A stretch of DNA of 64,000 nt from an uncultured Chloroflexia bacterium. Lineage in GTDB: Bacteria; Chloroflexota; Limnocylindria; Limnocylindrales; CSP1-4. The stretch covers positions 43,201 to 107,200 of the forward strand of contig CAWEYL010000005.1 of the NCBI GenBank assembly GCA_963813335.1, in the 5' to 3' direction. Position 1 is the stretch's first letter. Every line of letters starts with the position of its first letter. A program made the position numbers and the translations under genes. Under the pieces are notes generated by a model that did not search any database, was not told the origin of the DNA, and saw only the letters and a list, made by a program, of their open reading frames with translations. This document shows, piece by piece, positions 43,655 through 52,781 of the stretch.

Positions 43655-44599
43655 ATGCCTGACCTTCGAAGGCCATCCGGACGGACCGCGCTGGCCATCC
43701 TGACCACCCTGATCGTCGCCGGCTGCAGCGCCGCGGCGCCGGCGGCGTCGACCTCGCCGTCGAGTGCCGCGATCCCGAGCCCAGCGCCGCCGACCGTCGC
43801 GCCGTCGCTCGGCCAGACCCGCACCGACCCCGCCGGCGTCCGACAGGTCTACGTACCCGCCGGCACATTCCGGATGGGCACCGATCAGGCCGACATCGAC
43901 ACGCTGCTGGCCGCCGGACTACCGGACTGGGTGGCGGTCGCGCTCCCGAGCGAGGTGCCCGCCCACGACGTGACGCTCACGCAGGGCTACTGGATCGACC
44001 AGACCGAGGTCACCAACACCGACTTCCAGGCGTTCAAGGACGCGGGGGGCTACACGACGCAGACGTACTGGTCGGCCGCGGGCTGGGCCTGGCTCAGCCA
44101 CAGGGTCGCCTCCGGCCTGCCGAAGCGCTGCGAGGGCGACGCCCCGGACGTTCCCCGCCGATGCATCACCTGGTTCGAGGCGGAGGCGTACGCGGCATGG
44201 CGCGGCGGCCGCCTTCCGACGGAGGCCGAGTGGGAGTACGCCGCCCGCGGCCCGAAGGCCTCGGTCTACCCTTGGGGCGACGAGTGGGACCCGGCGAAGG
44301 CGAACGTCGTCGACAGCACGGGACCCGCCGCGGTCGGCAGCCACCCGGAGGGCGCGAGTTGGGTGGGCGCGCAGGACATGTCCGGCAATGCCATGGAGTG
44401 GGTGAGCGACTGGCTCGCACCGCATTCGGGCGATCCAGCCGCCGACCCGACCGGTCCGTCCGAGGGCACGATCAAGGTCGAGAAGGGCGGCTGGTGGGGC
44501 AGCAACCCGTTCGTCGCCCGGTCCGCGTACAGGCACTATGAGGACCCACCGACCTACGGCGACGAGCACATCGGCGTCCGCGTGGTCTCCGAGTACTAG
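43655..44599 (+). CDS. Formylglycine-generating-enzyme (SUMF1/FGE-sulfatase) domain lipoprotein
   Basis: Lipobox LIVAGC. GTFRMGTD, HDVTLTQGYWIDQTEVTN, RLPTEAEWEYAARG, MSGNAMEWVSDW and KGGWWGS. Confidence 0.85.
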   Translation: MPDLRRPSGRTALAILTTLIVAGCSAAAPAASTSPSSAAIPSPAPPTVAPSLGQTRTDPAGVRQVYVPAGTFRMGTDQADIDTLLAAGLPDWVAVALPSEVPAHDVTLTQGYWIDQTEVTNTDFQAFKDAGGYTTQTYWSAAGWAWLSHRVASGLPKRCEGDAPDVPRRCITWFEAEAYAAWRGGRLPTEAEWEYAARGPKASVYPWGDEWDPAKANVVDSTGPAAVGSHPEGASWVGAQDMSGNAMEWVSDWLAPHSGDPAADPTGPSEGTIKVEKGGWWGSNPFVARSAYRHYEDPPTYGDEHIGVRVVSEY

Positions 44600-45231
44600 G
44601 CGGGTCGGCGACCCCGCACCGGGCGCCACTGACGGGCCGACGGGTCCCACGTCCCGGCCACCCGAACGGCGTCGGGACCCTCCGCCCCGGTCTGCCGTCG
44701 CCGCGCGGTCGCCACGGTCTCGCCCCAGCCGGGCGGCACGAGCCCGGGCGCGAGATCGGCGAGGGGCGCGAGGACGAACAGCCGCCGCGCGGCGTCGCGA
44801 TGCGGGACTTCCAGCAGCCGGGCCGCCCGAGCCGGATCGCCGTCCGCATCGACGGAACGCGCCTCCGGTGGCCGCTCGACGGCCAGCCGGGCGCGGCCGA
44901 AGACGAGCAGGTCGAGGTCGAGCTCGCGCGGGCCCCAGCGCCGGCGCCGGCGCCGACCGAAGTCGCGTTCGAGGTCCTTGAGCCGGGTCAGCAGGTCGAG
45001 CGCGCCGGTCGCCGGGTCCGGGCCAGCAGGCACGTCCACAGCCACGACGGCGTTGCGGAAGTCTGGCTGGTCGGGATCGCCCCACGGCGCGGTCGCATAG
45101 AGCCTCGAGACGCCCCGGAGCCGAGTGCCGGGCAGGCCCGCCAGCGCGGTGACGGCCTCCGCCAGGGTCGTCTCGGCCTCCCCGACGTTGGCGCCAAGAC
45201 CGATGTACGCGCGGACCCGTCTTGCGGCCAC
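44596..45231 (-). CDS. folK: 2-amino-4-hydroxy-6-hydroxymethyldihydropteridine diphosphokinase (HPPK)
   Basis: GTG at 45231. AYIGLGANVG, SRLYATAPWG and RWGPRELDLDLLVFG. The upstream part of ORF 44596..45831 is non-coding-like. Confidence 0.85.
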   Translation of the reverse strand: MAARRVRAYIGLGANVGEAETTLAEAVTALAGLPGTRLRGVSRLYATAPWGDPDQPDFRNAVVAVDVPAGPDPATGALDLLTRLKDLERDFGRRRRRRWGPRELDLDLLVFGRARLAVERPPEARSVDADGDPARAARLLEVPHRDAARRLFVLAPLADLAPGLVPPGWGETVATARRRQTGAEGPDAVRVAGTWDPSARQWRPVRGRRPA

Positions 45232-45261
45232 GGACGCCTCCCTGGTGACGGCTAGACTCGG

Positions 45262-46320
45262 ATGATGCGACCGGTCGCCGTCCGCATCCTCCACCCGGTG
45301 CCCGGCGCGACCGCCGGGCCGATCGAGTGCTGGGTCGGCGAGGCCCGGCGACGCCTCGCCGAACGGCACCGCCGAGGATTCGCGGCCGCGGGCGCGAGCG
45401 ATGTCCGGGTCGTCAGCTGGCCGCCCGACGATACACCGTTCGGCCGGCGCCTCCGCGAGCTGGTCAGCACCGAGCGGCCCGACGGGCTGGTGGTCCTCGG
45501 CTCGGGCTCGATCCCGCTGGCGACCCTCGCCGACCGCCGCGACCTCGTCCGGGCAGCAGGCTCCGGGGACCGGCGGGCGCTCGCCAACGACCGCTATTCG
45601 GCCGACGTGGTCGCGGTCGCGTCCGCGGCGGATGCCCTCGCGGACCTGCCCGACGACCTCGGCGACAACGCGCTGCCGCGCTGGCTGTCGGAGGTCCGCG
45701 GCTGGGCCGTGGACGACCTCCGGCGGCGGTGGCGGCTCACGGTCGACATCGACGGCCCGCTCGACCTGGTCCTCGCCGGCGATGCCGGCGAGCTCGCCAC
45801 GGAGGAGGCGCGGCGCATCGACACCGGCCACGTCCGCGGCCGCCTCGACGCCATCCGTGCGCTCGCGTCCGACCCGGGCGCCGAGCTGCTGATCGCCGGG
45901 CGGACCTCATCGGCGACACTCGCCTGGTACGAGCGGCACACCGCGTCCCGGACACGGGCGCTGGTCGAGGAGCGCGGGCTGCGCACGCGACGCGCCGGCC
46001 AGCGCGCGCCTGCCTCGGTCCTCGGCGCGTTGCTGGACCACGATGGGGCCGGTTCGCTCGGCACGCACCTCGCGCGCCTCGCCGATGGCGCCCTCATCGA
46101 CACCCGGGTCCTCCTCGCCCACCGGCTCGGGGCGGACGAGCGGGCGTGGCCGCCGGCGGAGGACCGGTTCGCGTCGGACCTGCTGCTCCACGGGGCCATC
46201 CGCGACCCGTGGCTCCGCGACCTCACCCGCGCCGCGGCGGACGCACCCATCCCGGTCCTGCTCGGCGGGCACACGCTGGTCGGCCCGGGCGCGCGCCTCG
46301 TGCTCCGCGGGCAACGCTGA
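45262..46320 (+). CDS. Hypothetical protein (function unknown)
   Basis: 352-aa ORF in the gap between folK and the methyltransferase. Plausible composition (e.g. LVVLGSGSIPLATLADRRDLV...NDRYSADVVAV). I cannot place the family. Confidence 0.55.
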   Translation: MMRPVAVRILHPVPGATAGPIECWVGEARRRLAERHRRGFAAAGASDVRVVSWPPDDTPFGRRLRELVSTERPDGLVVLGSGSIPLATLADRRDLVRAAGSGDRRALANDRYSADVVAVASAADALADLPDDLGDNALPRWLSEVRGWAVDDLRRRWRLTVDIDGPLDLVLAGDAGELATEEARRIDTGHVRGRLDAIRALASDPGAELLIAGRTSSATLAWYERHTASRTRALVEERGLRTRRAGQRAPASVLGALLDHDGAGSLGTHLARLADGALIDTRVLLAHRLGADERAWPPAEDRFASDLLLHGAIRDPWLRDLTRAAADAPIPVLLGGHTLVGPGARLVLRGQR

Positions 46321-46330
46321 GGCCCGCGCG

Positions 46331-47554
46331 GTGGACCCCGTCTTCGGCCTGCGACGCGACGCGGCGCCCGACCTCGACGCGGTGGGCGAGGACGAGGCGC
46401 TCGCGGCCCGGATCCGCGCGGAGATCGAGCGCGACGGCCCGATGACCTTCGCGCGGTTCATGGACCTGGCCCTGTACGACCCCGACGGCGGCTACTACCG
46501 GGCGACCGATGCGCGGCCGGGTCGGGCGGGCGACTTCCTGACCGCGCCGGAGATCCATCCGGTCTTCGGCTGGGCGCTGGCGGGCCTGCTCGACGAGGCC
46601 TGGCGGCGGCTCGGCCGGCCGCGCCCGTTCGTGCTCCGCGAGCACGGCGCGGGGACCGGGACGCTCGCACTCGCCATCCTCGAGCGGCTCGGGCGGACCG
46701 GGTCGGGGTTGCGCGACGTCATCGCCTACGACCCGATCGAGGTCGAACCGGGACGCCTCGAGACCATCGCCGACCGGCTGGCCGCGGCCGGCGCCGCCGA
46801 CCGCCTGCTCGCCCCGGACCGGCGCGACGGTCCGGTCGTGGGGGTCGTGCTCGCCAACGAGGTCCTGGACGCGCTCCCGGTCCATCGCGTCCGCCAGCGC
46901 GGGACCCGCCTCGTCGAGATCGCGGTGGGGCTCGACGAGGGCGCGTTCGTCGATGTCGAGATCGAGCCGTCGAGCCTGGCGCTCGCGGCCCGGCTCGCCG
47001 CCGAGGGCATCGAGCTCGCCGACGGCCAGGCCGCCGAGATCTGCCTCGCCCTCGACCGCTGGGTCGCCGGGACGGCCGCCGGCCTCGAGCGCGGCCTGCT
47101 CCTGCTGATCGACTACGGCGCCCCCGCGGCGGAGCTGTACGACCCGGTCCGGCGTCGCGATGGCACGCTCATGGCCTACCTGCGCCATCGCGCGTCGCAC
47201 GAGCCCTATGCCCACATCGGGCGCCAGGACCTGACCGCCCACGTCGATGTCACCGCCGTCGAGCGGGCCGCGGCCGCGGCCGGTCTCAGTCACCTGGCGA
47301 CCACGACGCAGGCCGAGCTCCTCGTCGGGCTGGGCACCGAGGGTCTGCTGCGCGAGGTCCAGGAGGACCCGGCAACGAGCCTCGAGTCCTACCTCGAGCT
47401 GCGCTCGGCCCTGATGCGCCTGCTCGACCCGTCGGCGATGGGACGGTTCCGGGTGATGGCATTCGGGCGCGACTGGCCGGACGGTCCGCCGCTCGAGGGC
47501 CTCGCCTTCCGCATGCCCCGCCGGCCGTCCGCCGAACGGATGCCGTCCGACTAG
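46331..47554 (+). CDS. Class I SAM-dependent methyltransferase, MidA/NDUFAF7 (DUF185) family
   Basis: GTG at 46331. MTFARFMDLALYDPDGGYY, DFLTAPEIHPVFG, EHGAGTGTLA, ANEVLDALPVH, LLLIDYG and GRQDLTAHVD. Confidence 0.82.
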   Translation: MDPVFGLRRDAAPDLDAVGEDEALAARIRAEIERDGPMTFARFMDLALYDPDGGYYRATDARPGRAGDFLTAPEIHPVFGWALAGLLDEAWRRLGRPRPFVLREHGAGTGTLALAILERLGRTGSGLRDVIAYDPIEVEPGRLETIADRLAAAGAADRLLAPDRRDGPVVGVVLANEVLDALPVHRVRQRGTRLVEIAVGLDEGAFVDVEIEPSSLALAARLAAEGIELADGQAAEICLALDRWVAGTAAGLERGLLLLIDYGAPAAELYDPVRRRDGTLMAYLRHRASHEPYAHIGRQDLTAHVDVTAVERAAAAAGLSHLATTTQAELLVGLGTEGLLREVQEDPATSLESYLELRSALMRLLDPSAMGRFRVMAFGRDWPDGPPLEGLAFRMPRRPSAERMPSD

Positions 47555-47622
47555 GGCGATGTACCTATTGCCGCGCGGATGCGGCGGCATGCACGCTTCT
47601 CAACGGTCGGGCACGACCTGAC

Positions 47623-47671
47623 GGGGAGCGGCGCGCGAACCTGCACGCGCGCTCGGCGCACGCCGCTCCCC
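47623..47671 (+). other. Long GC hairpin (11-bp perfect outer stem GGGGAGCGGCG/CGCCGCTCCCC) downstream of the methyltransferase gene
   Basis: Seen directly. No U-tract. Confidence 0.5.
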
Positions 47672-47730
47672 GACGCCCCCGACCAGCCCCGTCGCCCCAG
47701 CGCCGGGTATCCGGCCGCCCGCTATCTCCC

Positions 47731-47762
47731 CCGACCGGGCTCCGTCCCCGAAGCCCGGTCGG
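47731..47762 (+). other. Second hairpin (10-bp perfect stem CCGACCGGGC/GCCCGGTCGG, 12-nt loop)
   Basis: Seen directly in the 357-nt gap before nuoA. Confidence 0.5.
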
Positions 47763-47796
47763 GGTCCTCCACCGGCCGGGCGGGCCCCGCTCCCAC

Positions 47797-47805
47797 TGCT
47801 AGAAT
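47797..47805 (+). promoter_or_regulatory. Candidate extended -10 element (TGcTAGAAT) for the nuo operon
   Basis: The only good TANNNT hexamer with an upstream TG in the nuoA upstream region. No clear -35. Confidence 0.35.
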
Positions 47806-47911
47806 TGGCCCCGGGCGCCGATGCGTCCCGTGTGGGTATGCCTGCCCGCTCGCTCAGGGGCCTCCAGCCAGTGACGCCTGCCCCAGGCGCGTCGCTCGAA
47901 GGGAAATCCGG

Positions 47912-48270
47912 TTGACCGGCATCTGGTACATCGTGGGCTTCGCCTTCGCCGGCGTCTCGTTCGTGTTCCTGACGATCGGCGCCGCGTGGCTCATCTCGCA
48001 CCGCAACCAGGGCGACGAGCACAAGGGCCTGCCCTACGAATCCGGGATCGACACCTACGGTGACACCCACGGCCGGTTCGGCCTGTCGTTCTACATCTAC
48101 GCCCTGCTCTTCGTCGCCTTCGACATCGAGGTCGTCTTCATCTACCTCTGGGCGATCATCTTCCGCTCGATCGGCTCGTGGGCGGCCTCGTGAGCATGTT
48201 CATCTTCGTGGCCATCCTGCTGCTCGGGCTCGCCTACGCCTGGCGCAAGGGCGTGCTCACGTGGCGCTGA
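47912..48270 (+). CDS. nuoA: NADH-quinone oxidoreductase subunit A (as sequenced: 1-nt deletion near 48187-48190)
   Basis: TTG start. ...[43 protein letters not shown] lies in one frame. The canonical C-terminus [26 protein letters not shown] lies in the -1 frame, after GCG GCC TCG TGA. Confidence 0.85.
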
Positions 48271-48974
48271 CCCCGCCGCGCGATCCGGCGGCGCCCCGCA
48301 GCGACCTGCCCGCCACCGCGGGCTCGAGCGAGCTGATCGTGCCGCTCGTCGTCCCGAACACGCTCTGGCAGGCGGACGATCCCGAGGCATACGACGGCGG
48401 CCGCGAGAGCGACATCACCCACCTGCGCGAGTACGAGGCGAGCGGCGCTGGGTCGCCGCGACGACGCGCGCTGGAGCGGCGTCCTCGAGGTCATCCCGAC
48501 CAAGGCGGACTACGTCCTGGACCTGATCCGGCGAACAGCCTGTGGCCGCTGCTGTCCGGCCTCGCCTGCTGCGCGATCGAGATGATGTCCGCGGCCACCT
48601 CGAAGAACGACATGGACCGCTGGGGCATGTTCCCGTTCCGGGCCAGCCCGCGCCAGGCGGACGTGCTGATCGTCGCCGGCACGCTGACCACCAAGATGGC
48701 CGGCCCGCTGGTCCGCCTCTGGGAGCAGATGCCGGAGCCCAAGTGGTGCGTGGCGCTGGGCGACTGCACCTGCTCGGGCGGCCGCTACAAGCGGAGCTAC
48801 TCCACGGTCGAGGGGATCGACCGGGTGATGCCGGTCGACGTCTACATCCCGGGCTGCCCGCCCCGCCCCGAGGGCCTCATCTACGGGATGATGAAGCTCC
48901 AGCAGCTGGTCAAGGAGCGCCGCGGCCACTGGCCCGATCGCGCCATCGGCCCCACCGTGCCGGAGGGCGTCTGA
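48261..48974 (+). CDS. nuoB: NADH-quinone oxidoreductase subunit B (ORF open, but a ~50-90-nt stretch is read out of frame)
   Basis: [35 protein letters not shown] and GCPPRPE. The conserved [19 protein letters not shown] that should precede NSLWP is only found in another frame. Confidence 0.88.
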   Translation: MALTPPRDPAAPRSDLPATAGSSELIVPLVVPNTLWQADDPEAYDGGRESDITHLREYEASGAGSPRRRALERRPRGHPDQGGLRPGPDPANSLWPLLSGLACCAIEMMSAATSKNDMDRWGMFPFRASPRQADVLIVAGTLTTKMAGPLVRLWEQMPEPKWCVALGDCTCSGGRYKRSYSTVEGIDRVMPVDVYIPGCPPRPEGLIYGMMKLQQLVKERRGHWPDRAIGPTVPEGV

Positions 48975-48976
48975 GC

Positions 48977-49545
48977 GTGGATCGACGGCTTCAAGGCACG
49001 CCTCGAGGCGCGCTTCGCCGACCAGCTGACGGGACCCGTCCGCCAGCGCCATGACGAGACCGAGATCCGCATCGCGGCGGGCGACGTCGTGCCGGTCCTG
49101 ACGCGCCCTCCATGACGAGCCGGCGTTCCACTTCGAGTTCCTGGCGGACCTCGCGGGCGTCGACACCGGCCAGGTCATGCAGGTCGTCTACCACCTGTGG
49201 AGCGAGACCACGCCGGACTGGCTGCGCGTCATCGCCGACGGCCTGTCCCGCGAGGACCCGCGCGTCCCGTCCGCGACGTTCCTCTGGAAGGGCGCCGAGT
49301 GGATGGAGCGCGAGGCCTACGACATGTTCGGCATCACGTTCGAGGGCAACCGCGACCTGCGCCGGATCTACATGCCGCCCGACTACACGAGCTTCCCGCT
49401 CCGCAAGGACTTCTACCTGGCCGACGACGCCGCGCGCTCGCCCGGCGGCGGGCGTCCGGCCGATGGAGCGCACCCACGCCCCGACGGCGGCGCCGGCCTC
49501 GGCGCTCGTCCGCCGGTCGCCGGCGTGACCGAGGACCGCCCGTGA
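48977..49545 (+). CDS. nuoC: NADH-quinone oxidoreductase subunit C (as sequenced: start-region frame problem and 1-nt insertion near 49106-49108)
   Basis: IDGFKARLEARFADQLTGPVRQRHDETEIRIAAGDVVPVLTR, then (frame +1) LHDEPAFHFEFLADLAGVD...VYHLWS...WKGAEWMEREAYDMFGITFEGNRDLRRIYMPPDY. The only start codon (GTG 48977) is out of frame by 1 with the following codons. Confidence 0.8.
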
Positions 49546-50763
49546 CGACGACCACCCGACGCCCGTCCCTCGACGACCCGCGCGTCCCGCTCGACCGCGA
49601 GCTGGGCGTCTTCGAGCCGATCCCGCCGTACCCGCCGCGGACCGAGCGCGAGGCCGAGTTCTACACGCTCGGCGACGGCGAGATGCTGATCAACATCGGC
49701 CCGCAGCACCCGTCGACCCACGGCGTGCTCCGCGTCGTGCTCAAGCTCGACGGCGAGAAGGTCGTCGACCTCGACCCGGTCCTCGGCTACCTCCATCGCG
49801 GCGTCGAGAAGCTGTGCGAGAACGCCGACTACCACCAGGCGATCTGCTACATCGACCCGCTCGAGTACGTCAGCTCGCTCTTCTGCGAGTGGCCCGGCGT
49901 CATGGCCTTCGAGAAGCTCCTCGACGTCCAGGTCCCGCGCCGCGCGGAGTACATCCGCGTCCTCGCTACCGAGCTCAACCGGATCGCCAGCCACGCGCTG
50001 TTCCTCGGCTGGATGGCCCTGGACCTCGGCGGCCTCACGCCGATCCTCTGGTCGTTCATCGAGCGCGACGAGATCGTCGAGATGCTGGCGTCGCTCACCG
50101 GCCAGCGGATGCTCTTCAACTACATGCGCATCGGCGGCGTCAACGGCGACCTGAACCACGAGTTCATGAGCCGCCTCGGCGACTGGATGTCGCACGCGAC
50201 CGAGCAGATCGAGGCCGGCAACGCGCTGCTCAACGAGAACGAGATCTTCGTCCGCCGGATGCGCGGCCTCGGCGTCATCGACTCGAAGACGGCCCTGCGG
50301 ATGGCGATGACCGGCCCGAACCTGCGCGCGACCGGCCTGCCGTTCGACGTCCGCCGGGCGCACCCGTACTGCGTCTACCCGGAGCTCGAGTTCGACATCC
50401 CGACGCGCGCCGAGGGCGACTGCCTGGCCCGCTACCTGCTCCGCATGGACGAGATCAAGCAGAGCCTGCGGATCATCGACCAGTGCCTCCACCAGATGCC
50501 CGACGGCCCGGTCATGGCCAAGCTCCCGCGCCTGCTCCGGCCGCGGCCCGGCCAGCGCGTACGCCGCGATCGAGGGCCCGCGCGGCCAGTACGCGGCCTA
50601 CGCCATCAGCGACGGCACCGACCAGCCGTTCCGGATGCGCATCCACGACCCCTCGTTCGTCCACCTCCAGTCGGTCGGCCTGATGATGCCCGGCCACCTC
50701 GTCGCCGACACGATGGCGGTCATGGCCTCCCTCGACCCGATCATGGGCGGCGTCGACAAGTGA
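49542..50763 (+). CDS. nuoD: NADH-quinone oxidoreductase subunit D (as sequenced: 1-nt insertion near 50556-50559)
   Basis: INIGPQHPSTHGVLRVVLKLDGE, GYLHRGVEKL. The C-terminus YAAIEGPRGQYAAYAISDGTDQPFRMRIHDPSFVHLQ...DPIMGGVDK lies in the +1 frame. Confidence 0.9.
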
Positions 50764-50797
50764 CGGTCGATCGGTCGGTCCGTGGTCGCGCCTGACC

Positions 50798-52104
50798 TTG
50801 CCGGGCAAGGTCATCTTCACCGTGGTGCCGGTGCTGCTGGCGTCGCTGATCGCGCTCGTCGCGGTCGTCGCGATCCTCGGGCCGACCATCGTCGACTTCC
50901 TCGCGAACAACCTGCCGATCGTCCGCTTCGTCGTCGCGGTGACGGTCGTCCTGCTGATGACCGTGCCGACGGCCTTCCTGATCATCTACATGGAGATGAA
51001 GGTCATCGCGCTGATGAACCTGCGGATCGGCCCGGACCGGGTGGGCCCGTTCGGGTCGCTCGCTGTCGGTGGTCCACGGGCTCAAGGTCCTCATGAAGGA
51101 GGACTTCACGCCGACCGGCGCCGACCCGATCGTCTTCACGTGGGCGCCGGTCGTCGTCTACCTCGCCAGCGTCATGAGCCTGCTGGTCATCCCGTTCGCT
51201 CCCGGGCTCTTCGGGCAGGACCTCAACCTCGGGCTGCTCTACTTCTTCGCGATCGGCGGCCTGTCGGTCGTCGGCCTGCTGATGGCCGGCTGGTCGAGCT
51301 TCAACAAGTACTCGCTGCTGGGCGGGCTGCGCTCCGCGGCCCAGGTCGTCAGCTACGAGATCCCGCTCACCCTGTCGGTCGTCGGGATCATCCTGCTGGC
51401 CGGCACGATGAGCCTCAACCAGATCGTCCTGGACCAGGGCGGCTGGTTCATCGACTGGTACATCTTCCGCCAGCCGCTCGGCTTCCTGATCTTCTTCATC
51501 GCCGCGACCGCGGAGGCGAACCGGACCCCGTTCGACCTGACCGAGGCGGACTCCGAGATCGTCGCCGGCTTCGCCACCGAGTACTCGGGCATGCGCTTCG
51601 GGTTCTTCTTCTTCGCCGAGTACGTGAACGTGTTCATCATCTCGGCCCTGACCGTGACCCTGTTCTTCGGCGGCTGGAACGCGCCGTTCCCCTGGCCGTG
51701 GCCGGTCACCGTCAACCTCGACCCGGGCGAGCCTCGGGATCGTGCTGCTGCTCCTCGTCGCGATCGTCCCGCTGGTCGTGACGCTGGTCTTCGCGGCCCC
51801 GTTCTGGCTCGCGTCGTCGCGGATCAAGGGCTGGCAGGCGCTCATCGTCGGCTTCGTGCTCGCGAACATCTTCATCGTCGCCGTCATCGGCGCCTGGGCG
51901 TACATCGGGCTCGACTGGGTCGCCGGCCTCGTCTGGTTCCTGGGCAAGACCTACGTCTTCGTGTTCACGTTCGTGTGGATGCGCGGCACGCTGCCCCGCG
52001 TGCGCATCGACCAGCTCATGGACTTCGCCTGGAAGTGGCTGCTGCCCGCCGCGCTGCTCAACCTGTTCGTGACCGCGACGGCGATCGTGGTGGTGGGCAA
52101 GTGA
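50798..52104 (+). CDS. nuoH: NADH-quinone oxidoreductase subunit H (as sequenced: 1-nt insertions near 51062 and 51726-51730)
   Basis: Three frame segments. The first ends ...[15 protein letters not shown]. The second is [17 protein letters not shown]...[37 protein letters not shown]. The third is SLGIVLLLL...[26 protein letters not shown]. Confidence 0.9.
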
Positions 52105-52779
52105 TCAACGAGCTGATCCCGGGCCTCGGCATCGTCAAGGGCATGGCGCTGACCCTGCGCCGCTTCTTCGAGCCGAAGGTCACGGTCATGTACCCGGAGG
52201 TGCCGGTCGACGTCTCGCCCAAGTTCCGCGGCCGGCTCCAGCTCCTGTACGACGAGTACGGCACGCTCAAGTGCGAGACGTGCTTCCAGTGCGCCCAGGC
52301 CTGCCCGATCGAGTGCATCGACATGGGCGGCATGGACACCCGCGGCCGGTTCCACGTCCACTGGGGCGCGCCGGAGACCTACGGCGAGCGTCGCGAGGAA
52401 TCCGCGCTGCGGCGCTCCGGCCGCCCGGTCCCCGACCCGGCCTACCGGCCGTTCGCAGGCGGTCGACCTCGCGACGGTCGACGCGATCCTCGAGACCTAC
52501 GACCACGACCCGGCGCACCTGCTCGCGATCCTCGAGGAGACACAGGCCGCCTACGGATACCTGCCGGTCGCCGCGCTCAAGCGGATCAGCCAGCTCACCG
52601 GCACCTGGTACGCGATGATCTACGGCACCGCGTCGTACTACTCGCACCTGCGCTTCGAGCCCGCCGAGGCGGCCGACCAGGCGGCCGCGATGGCCGCCCA
52701 CCGACCGGCCGAGACCGCCTACCTCGCGGCCCTCGGGACGGCCCTCGGTGGCGGCACGGCCCAGCGGGCGGACGCGTGA
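52101..52779 (+). CDS. Fusion of the NuoI N-terminal half (one 4Fe-4S motif) with a NuoE-like N-terminal helical domain lacking the 2Fe-2S domain (1-nt indel near 52455-52460)
   Basis: GTG overlaps the nuoH stop. [49 protein letters not shown]...[13 protein letters not shown] is NuoI-like. From 52459, frame +1 reads [62 protein letters not shown], which is NuoE-like. No stop occurs in any forward frame between 52271 and 52618. Confidence 0.7.
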
Positions 52780-52781
52780 CC

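Noticed and set aside
44596-45831. 411-aa ORF as a long FolK fusion protein.
   Set aside because: Only the C-terminal 211 codons (from GTG 45231) carry HPPK motifs. The upstream part is low-complexity and antisense to a plausible plus-strand ORF (45262..46320).
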